Assembly: GCA_028696805.1 (NCBI GenBank)
Contig: JAQVGI010000001.1
Span: 1-49,107, forward strand
DNA from: Alphaproteobacteria bacterium
GTDB taxonomy: Bacteria > Pseudomonadota > Alphaproteobacteria > CAAHEQ01 > UBA3637
Direction of reading: 5' to 3'
Length of the DNA: 49,107 bases
In this document: piece after piece, positions 44,574-49,107 of the stretch
How positions within the stretch are numbered: the stretch's first letter is position 1
How the letters are laid out: each line of letters opens with the position of its first letter
The notes under the pieces: model-generated
Told to the model about the DNA's origin: nothing
The model's database searches: none
The model's input: only the letters and a program-made list of their open reading frames with translations
Made by a program: the position numbers and the translations under genes

Positions 44574-45496
44574 TTCGCCACCACGCAGTCCTGCTTGCGC
44601 GCTTTCAGTTTATTGCATAGCGATGAGGCCATTTCCTTGGACTTGAACTGCCCGACCCACAGGCGGTAGAAAATCCCCTTTCCCGGCACGTTGGCCGACA
44701 CGACCGAGTAAGGCATATTGGACAGCAGCGCCTTGTTCTTCGCCAGAATCCGCGGCCACGCCTTTTCGACGGACGCCTTGCTGGAAGAAGACAGCAGCTG
44801 GACTTTCCACACTTCCGCCGGCGCGGCCGGCGCGGCGGCCTTTTGAACCGCGGGCTTCGGCTTCGGCGCGTCCAGCGGGACGGCCTCGACTTTGATCGGC
44901 GCCGCGGGGGCGGCCTCTTGCAGCGGGTTGATCGCCTTGATCTGCTCGACAGGCACCAAATCATCGGCCGGCGCTTCTTTCAGGCCGTCCGGAACGACGG
45001 GCTGCTCGGCCTCCGGAAACAGCTTTTCAACCTTCGTCGGCACGGAGCCGGAACGCATTTTCTCATACACCACCTTGTCCTGATCCGGAATCAGCAGGCC
45101 GCCCGGCTGATCCGGCTTGACCTTGACGGGCTCGGCGGTCGCCGTGATCGTCACGACCTCCTCCGGCGCCGTGGAATCCCCGAAAAACGCAAACCCGATG
45201 ACGACCGCGACCAAAACGAACGCGAAGGAAATCAACGCGATCATGTGCAGCCGAACCGTCGAGGGCTCCTTTTCGACGACCTCCTCGCCGGCGGGATCCT
45301 TCGGCTCGTCCGCATTGAAGACGGACAGGCTCGCCACCTCCGAGCGCTCCGTATCGTCGCCGATTTTGACCTCGGTCACCTTGTCCTGAAAGGTAAAGGA
45401 CGGCTCGCGCCGATCCGTCAGCTCGTTGGACAGCTCCCTGATTTTATCGAATTCATCCATCGCATCCCTCCTTGCAACATCAAGCGTTTGATTCAC
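44570..45496 (-). CDS. SPOR domain-containing membrane protein
   Basis: 308 aa. One TM helix, a Pro/Ala/Glu-rich linker, and a C-terminal SPOR domain (WKVQLLSSSSKASVEKAW...FYRLWVGQFKSKEMASSLCNKLK). ATGA overlap with nagZ. Confidence 0.85.
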   Translation of the reverse strand: MNQTLDVARRDAMDEFDKIRELSNELTDRREPSFTFQDKVTEVKIGDDTERSEVASLSVFNADEPKDPAGEEVVEKEPSTVRLHMIALISFAFVLVAVVIGFAFFGDSTAPEEVVTITATAEPVKVKPDQPGGLLIPDQDKVVYEKMRSGSVPTKVEKLFPEAEQPVVPDGLKEAPADDLVPVEQIKAINPLQEAAPAAPIKVEAVPLDAPKPKPAVQKAAAPAAPAEVWKVQLLSSSSKASVEKAWPRILAKNKALLSNMPYSVVSANVPGKGIFYRLWVGQFKSKEMASSLCNKLKARKQDCVVAK

Positions 45497-45575
45497 ATTA
45501 GCATATTTTCCGGAGATTTGACAAGCCTTTTTTTATCTTTTTTGCACCTTTTTTTACCGCGGGGGCAAAAAACGC

Positions 45576-45604
45576 TTGACCTTCGAGGGGTTTTCGGTTA
45601 TCTT
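45576..45604 (+). promoter_or_regulatory. Candidate promoter for tRNA-Leu
   Basis: TTGACC (45576-45581), 17-nt spacer, TATCTT (45599-45604), 30 nt upstream of the tRNA 5' end. Confidence 0.35.
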
Positions 45605-45633
45605 TGGGTCGGTAAAACGACCGGTTTTCCCGT

Positions 45634-45722
45634 GCGGATATGGCGGAACTGGTAGACGCAACAGACTTAAAATCTGTTGGGCATTTTTGCCCGTGCCGGT
45701 TCAAGTCCGGCTTTCCGCACCA
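45634..45722 (+). tRNA. tRNA-Leu (anticodon TAA), type II
   Basis: GCGGATATGGCGGAACTGGTAGACGCAACAGACTTAAAATCTGTTGGGCATTTTTGCCCGTGCCGGTTCAAGTCCGGCTTTCCGCACCA. Anticodon loop CTTAAAA, long variable arm GGGCA-TTTT-TGCCC. One T-T mismatch at acceptor pair 6:67. Confidence 0.88.
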
Positions 45723-45728
45723 ATCAAA

Positions 45729-45756
45729 AATCACCCCGACGCGGGTGGTTTTTTGT
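45729..45756 (+). terminator. Rho-independent terminator after tRNA-Leu
   Basis: Stem aatcaccc/gggtggtt followed by a T-run (tttttgtttt). Confidence 0.6.
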
Positions 45757-45853
45757 TTTCAAAGGCCGCGAGCCGCCGCCGGATATTTTTTGCTTGCCTT
45801 TTTTGTTTTTTCGGCGTAGCGTGCAGATTGCAAAAACGAACAGGAACACCCCC

Positions 45854-46930
45854 ATGAATCCGACATTGACCATTGATTTAAGCGCCCTTTCCTACAATTT
45901 TCGTTCAATCTCCGGAAAGGCCGGCCTGCCGCGCGTGGCCTGCGTCGTCAAGAACAACGCCTACGGGCTCGGCGCCGTGCCGGTCGTCGAAGCATTATAC
46001 GCCGCCGGCTGCCGCGCCTTTTTCGTCGCCTACCCGGACGAAGGCGCCGAAATCCGCCCCGCCGCGCCCGATGCCGCCGTCTATGTCTTGCAGGGATTCG
46101 ACGCGACCGACGCCGGGATATGCGCGCGCAGCCGCCTGATTCCCGTGTTATCAAATAAAGGGCAATGGGATGCGTGGCGGCTGCTTTCCCCGCATGCCGA
46201 ACGGCCGGCGATTCAGGTGGAAACCGGCCTGAACCGCCTGGGATTTTCGTATGATGAGCTGGCCGCGATGCCGGAGCAGGAGCGGCGGCAGTTCGGTCTG
46301 GTCCTGTCGCACCTGGCCTGCGCGGACGAGCCGGACCACCCGATGAACCGGCGCCAGCGCGACAACCTGATAAAAATAAAGCCGCTGTTCAAAGACACGC
46401 CCTTTTCCTTGTCCGCGTCCGACGGGTTTTACCTCGGGCCGGATTTTCATTTCGATCTGGTGCGCATCGGCGCGTCGTTATACGGCCTGAACCCCGTCGC
46501 CGGCCGCCCGAAAGAAAACAAGAATGTCATCGGCATAACGGCCTCCGTCATTCACACCCATACGATTCAAGCCGGAGAAACCGCCGGATACGGCGCCGCC
46601 TTCATCGCCGCGCGGCCGACAACGCTCGCGACGATTTCCATCGGATACGGCGACGGGATTTTCCGGTCGTTCTCCCCGAAAGGCAAAGTGTTTTTCGACA
46701 TCGATGGCAAGCGTTCTGCGGCGCCGCTGGCCGGACGCGTTTCGATGGACAACATCACCGCGGACGTGACGGATGTGCCGGGCGATGTCCTGGGAAAGCG
46801 GGCCGTGATTCTCGACGCGCAGTTCGACTGCGACGACATGGCGCGCTGCGCCGGCACCATCGGGTATGAAGTCCTGAACGCTGTCGGCCACGGCATCCGC
46901 TACCGCCGGGAATGGATTTCGGAAAAATAA
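45854..46930 (+). CDS. alr: Alanine racemase
   Basis: 358 aa from ATG 45854. PLP-lysine motif ACVVKNNAYGLGA. SHLACADEP. GYGDG near the C-terminus. Confidence 0.9.
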   Translation: MNPTLTIDLSALSYNFRSISGKAGLPRVACVVKNNAYGLGAVPVVEALYAAGCRAFFVAYPDEGAEIRPAAPDAAVYVLQGFDATDAGICARSRLIPVLSNKGQWDAWRLLSPHAERPAIQVETGLNRLGFSYDELAAMPEQERRQFGLVLSHLACADEPDHPMNRRQRDNLIKIKPLFKDTPFSLSASDGFYLGPDFHFDLVRIGASLYGLNPVAGRPKENKNVIGITASVIHTHTIQAGETAGYGAAFIAARPTTLATISIGYGDGIFRSFSPKGKVFFDIDGKRSAAPLAGRVSMDNITADVTDVPGDVLGKRAVILDAQFDCDDMARCAGTIGYEVLNAVGHGIRYRREWISEK

Positions 46931-47125
46931 TCAGAGTTCTATCGCAAACTTGATATCTTCAATAGCAAGAGGCAAGTTTCGCATTCCCTGTCCGACAGGA
47001 TAACAAACGGGGAAAACCTTGTAATCTGCGCCCTTGATCTTTTGGCAACATCCAGATAGGATTTCCTAATCATGCGCTTCCTTTCTTTCCGCTTTCAAGG
47101 CTTAATTTTCGTAACCTGCAAAAGA

Positions 47126-47933
47126 TTGGCTGGAGTACCTATGCAGTTCACGAGTTGATGGCCCAGCCGATTTAGGCAGTCTATCAGTAAAAATTCAGCT
47201 TTTCAAGACGAAGATTCAGACTTGAAATCAATAACTATTTCCTCAACCAAAATATTACCATCAACCAAGGTCTCTATAATAGGGCCTTCATTTACAACGT
47301 CTTTTTCCCAATAGCGCACGGATTTTTCAATATTATCTGCTTCAACCTCGGTACCATCAAAACAATTCCGAGCGTCGCCGTCAAATGTGCGGCCTTCCAC
47401 TTTCAATTTTACAATAGAATATACATTTCGTCCAATATCTCGAAAAAAATCCGCCCATTTTTTAGCCTCTTCCAATGTCCTAGATGTATACAAACAAGCC
47501 ATTCTCGAAGGATAATCGGGGTACTTCTCACGGCGTACTTTTTCAAGAGCCAATTCACGGTAGGCAACCTTAGACCATTTCTCCCAATCGCTTTTAATGA
47601 GACGACCTATCTCATCATCAATAACCTCACCTTCAGCAATACGTTTGAATGTCATTACTCTATTGTAAACGCTGTTATGATTGTTCTGGTCGAATACCAT
47701 CCGTTGGCCTAATGTCATAGGTCTTTCCGTTACTACATGATATACATACTCAGTCATTATGAATCCCCGTAGAAACTTTCAGACTGGTTTCAAGGGCTAG
47801 AAATATGAGTTCAAGTTCGTGACACCTTACAAAATAGCCTCTTTTATAAAGCCTACTCACGAACTGGCGAAAGTCAAGGTTTCCAAAACTCCCACCTCAC
47901 AAAACCCGTGATTGCACGGGTTGGCTGGAGTAC
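47126..47933. mobile_element. Candidate degraded tRNA-Gln-associated islet bounded by a 13-nt direct repeat
   Basis: ttggctggagtac occurs at 47126-47138 and at 47921-47933; the second copy is the 3' end of tRNA-Gln plus 1 nt. The enclosed roughly 0.8 kb is visibly AT-rich and carries a single ORF. No integrase is present. Confidence 0.4.
47203..47757 (-). CDS. Hypothetical protein (184 aa) in low-GC islet, family not confidently recognised
   Basis: Uninterrupted 184-aa ORF with a balanced, soluble-protein-like composition. AT-rich codon usage unlike the core genes. Contains YRELALEKVRREKYPDYPSRMACLYTSRTLEEAKKW. Confidence 0.6.
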   Translation of the reverse strand: MTEYVYHVVTERPMTLGQRMVFDQNNHNSVYNRVMTFKRIAEGEVIDDEIGRLIKSDWEKWSKVAYRELALEKVRREKYPDYPSRMACLYTSRTLEEAKKWADFFRDIGRNVYSIVKLKVEGRTFDGDARNCFDGTEVEADNIEKSVRYWEKDVVNEGPIIETLVDGNILVEEIVIDFKSESSS

Positions 47934-47995
47934 TAGGATTCGAACCTAGACTGACGGAATCAGAATCCGCTGTCCTACCGTTAGACGATACTCCA
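47922..47995 (-). tRNA. tRNA-Gln (anticodon CTG)
   Basis: Reverse complement TGGAGTATCGTCTAACGGTAGGACAGCGGATTCTGATTCCGTCAGTCTAGGTTCGAATCCTAGTACTCCAGCCA. U1-A72 pair typical of tRNA-Gln; anticodon loop TTCTGAT. Confidence 0.9.
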
Positions 47996-48041
47996 AAACC
48001 GGACACCAGTATAGCCTTTTATTTGAAAAATGCAAGCATTT

Positions 48042-48821
48042 TTATCGGCGCCGGAACATAAGGACGCGCTCAATGCCGCTCAGGTCGTTTTCGGCGCCCG
48101 CAAAATCCAGCCCACACGCCGCAAAAATCGCGCGCACATCCGCCCCCTGCCCGCGCCCAATTTCAAAAAAAGCAACTCCGTCCGGGTTCAGCAGGCCGGG
48201 ACATTCCCGCGCCAAGTGCCGGTAAGCCTCCAACCCGTCCGCGCCGCCGTCCAGCGCCGCCCGCGGATCATATTCCCGAACGGCAGGCTCCAGATGCGCA
48301 ATCTCCGCCGTCGGAATATACGGCGGGTTGGACACGACGATGTCGAACGCCCCCAGCCCGCGCGCGAAATCGGGCGCCGCAAAATCTTTCCGCATGAATG
48401 CGGCGGGCAGTCCGTGTGCATTTTTCCGCGCCACCGCCAGCGCTTTTTCGGATATGTCGACGCCGACGCCGGCCGCGTTCGGGTATTCGCCCAAAAGGCT
48501 GGCCAGCAGGCATCCGCTGCCCGTCCCGATGTCCAAAATCCGATACGGGCGCGACTTGTCCGGAAAACATTTCAGCACGGATTCAATCAGGGTTTCGCTG
48601 TCCGGCCGCGGATCCAGAACGTCCGGCGTCACGATGAAATCGCCTTTCCAAAACCCGCGCCGGCCGAGGATTTTCGACACGGGCTCGCCGGCCTTGCGGC
48701 GACGGACGAACTCCTCCGCGGAAACGGGCGCTCCCGATTGCGCATGCAGGCGCGCGTCCAGCGACGGCGTGTCGGAAAAACCGCGCAGGGCGGCCGTGAT
48801 TGCGTCGAGATTCCCGGGCAT
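48042..48821 (-). CDS. prmC: Release factor glutamine N5-methyltransferase PrmC (HemK)
   Basis: 259 aa. SAM motif ILDIGTGSG and catalytic VSNPPYIP. Start overlaps the prfA stop by 1 nt. Confidence 0.92.
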   Translation of the reverse strand: MPGNLDAITAALRGFSDTPSLDARLHAQSGAPVSAEEFVRRRKAGEPVSKILGRRGFWKGDFIVTPDVLDPRPDSETLIESVLKCFPDKSRPYRILDIGTGSGCLLASLLGEYPNAAGVGVDISEKALAVARKNAHGLPAAFMRKDFAAPDFARGLGAFDIVVSNPPYIPTAEIAHLEPAVREYDPRAALDGGADGLEAYRHLARECPGLLNPDGVAFFEIGRGQGADVRAIFAACGLDFAGAENDLSGIERVLMFRRR

Positions 48822-49107
48822 CAGGAAAGTTCCGCCAGCCGGGCCATCTGGTCTTCCAGTATCAGGGCGTCCACCATCTCGTCGATACGGCCCTCCATGA
48901 AATCGGCCAGCTGGTAAATGGTTTTGTTGATGCGGTGATCCGTCACGCGGCCCTGCGGAAAGTTGTAGGTGCGGATGCGCTCGGACCTGTCGCCGGATCC
49001 GACCTGGCTTTTGCGGTCGGCCGCCCGCTCCTTGTCCAGCGCCTGGCGCTGCATATCGTATAAAGCCGTGCGCAGGCGGGTCATCGCCTTTTCCCTGTTT
49101 TTGATTT
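48821..49107 (-). CDS. prfA: Peptide chain release factor 1, C-terminal part (gene runs off the window end)
   Basis: The C-terminal 95 codons are visible. [20 protein letters not shown] is the conserved RF1 C-terminal segment. The 5' end lies beyond 49107. Confidence 0.9.
   Translation of the reverse strand, partial: IKNREKAMTRLRTALYDMQRQALDKERAADRKSQVGSGDRSERIRTYNFPQGRVTDHRINKTIYQLADFMEGRIDEMVDALILEDQMARLAELS

Noticed and set aside
45634-45722. The T-T mismatch at acceptor pair 6:67 of tRNA-Leu, as a sign of a pseudogene.
   Set aside because: All other stems, the anticodon loop, the long variable arm, the T-loop (TTCAAGT), discriminator A and CCA are intact. A promoter-like element and a terminator flank the gene. 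A single acceptor mismatch is tolerated in functional tRNAs.
47203-47757. Tentative resemblance of PSRMACLYTSRTLEEAKKW to RES-domain or DUF2441-type motifs (a toxin-like call).
   Set aside because: It rests on a single short segment recalled from memory, and the other conserved positions could not be verified by eye. The gene is left as hypothetical pending profile searches.

Overview
High-GC chromosomal segment with alphaproteobacterial-type synteny: tolC then a PopZ/DUF2497-like gene, tmk-holB-tatD-MBL, Tim44-like gene opposite secB, tsaE-amgK-murU-addB-addA, and prfA-prmC. I can support about 48 protein-coding genes, 6 tRNA genes (Val-CAC, Asn-GTT, Cys-GCA, Ser-TGA, Leu-TAA, Gln-CTG), several hairpin plus T-tract terminators and a few near-consensus sigma70-type promoters. 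Most genes are housekeeping, and many are joined by ATGA/TAATG overlaps. They cover translation (aspS, serS, prfA, prmC, tsaD, tsaE), DNA repair and replication (addAB, mutL, holB, tmk) and envelope functions. Peptidoglycan remodelling and recycling genes are unusually dense (mltA, mltB-like, rlpA, a DD-carboxypeptidase, nagZ, amgK/murU-like, SPOR proteins). The backbone is interrupted by short, visibly AT-richer patches, three of them at tRNA genes. The most unusual locus is 32.6-35.8 kb. A VirD4/TraG-type coupling ATPase has no other type IV secretion gene in the window. It is translationally coupled (1-nt gap) to a pentapeptide-repeat protein with a lysine/arginine-rich C-terminal tail. A VirJ-like lipoprotein and a small membrane protein flank the pair. 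Other notable loci: a tRNA-Ser gene surrounded by tandem copies of its own 3' and 5' fragments; a roughly 0.8-kb low-GC islet bounded by a 13-nt repeat of the tRNA-Gln 3' end; a low-GC secreted MORN/YwqK-like gene with a duplicated 5' stub; and a tRNA-bounded block with two unknown proteins and a CYTH protein. No CRISPR array, rRNA, transposase or integrase gene was seen. All family calls come from motif recognition by eye, not from database searches.
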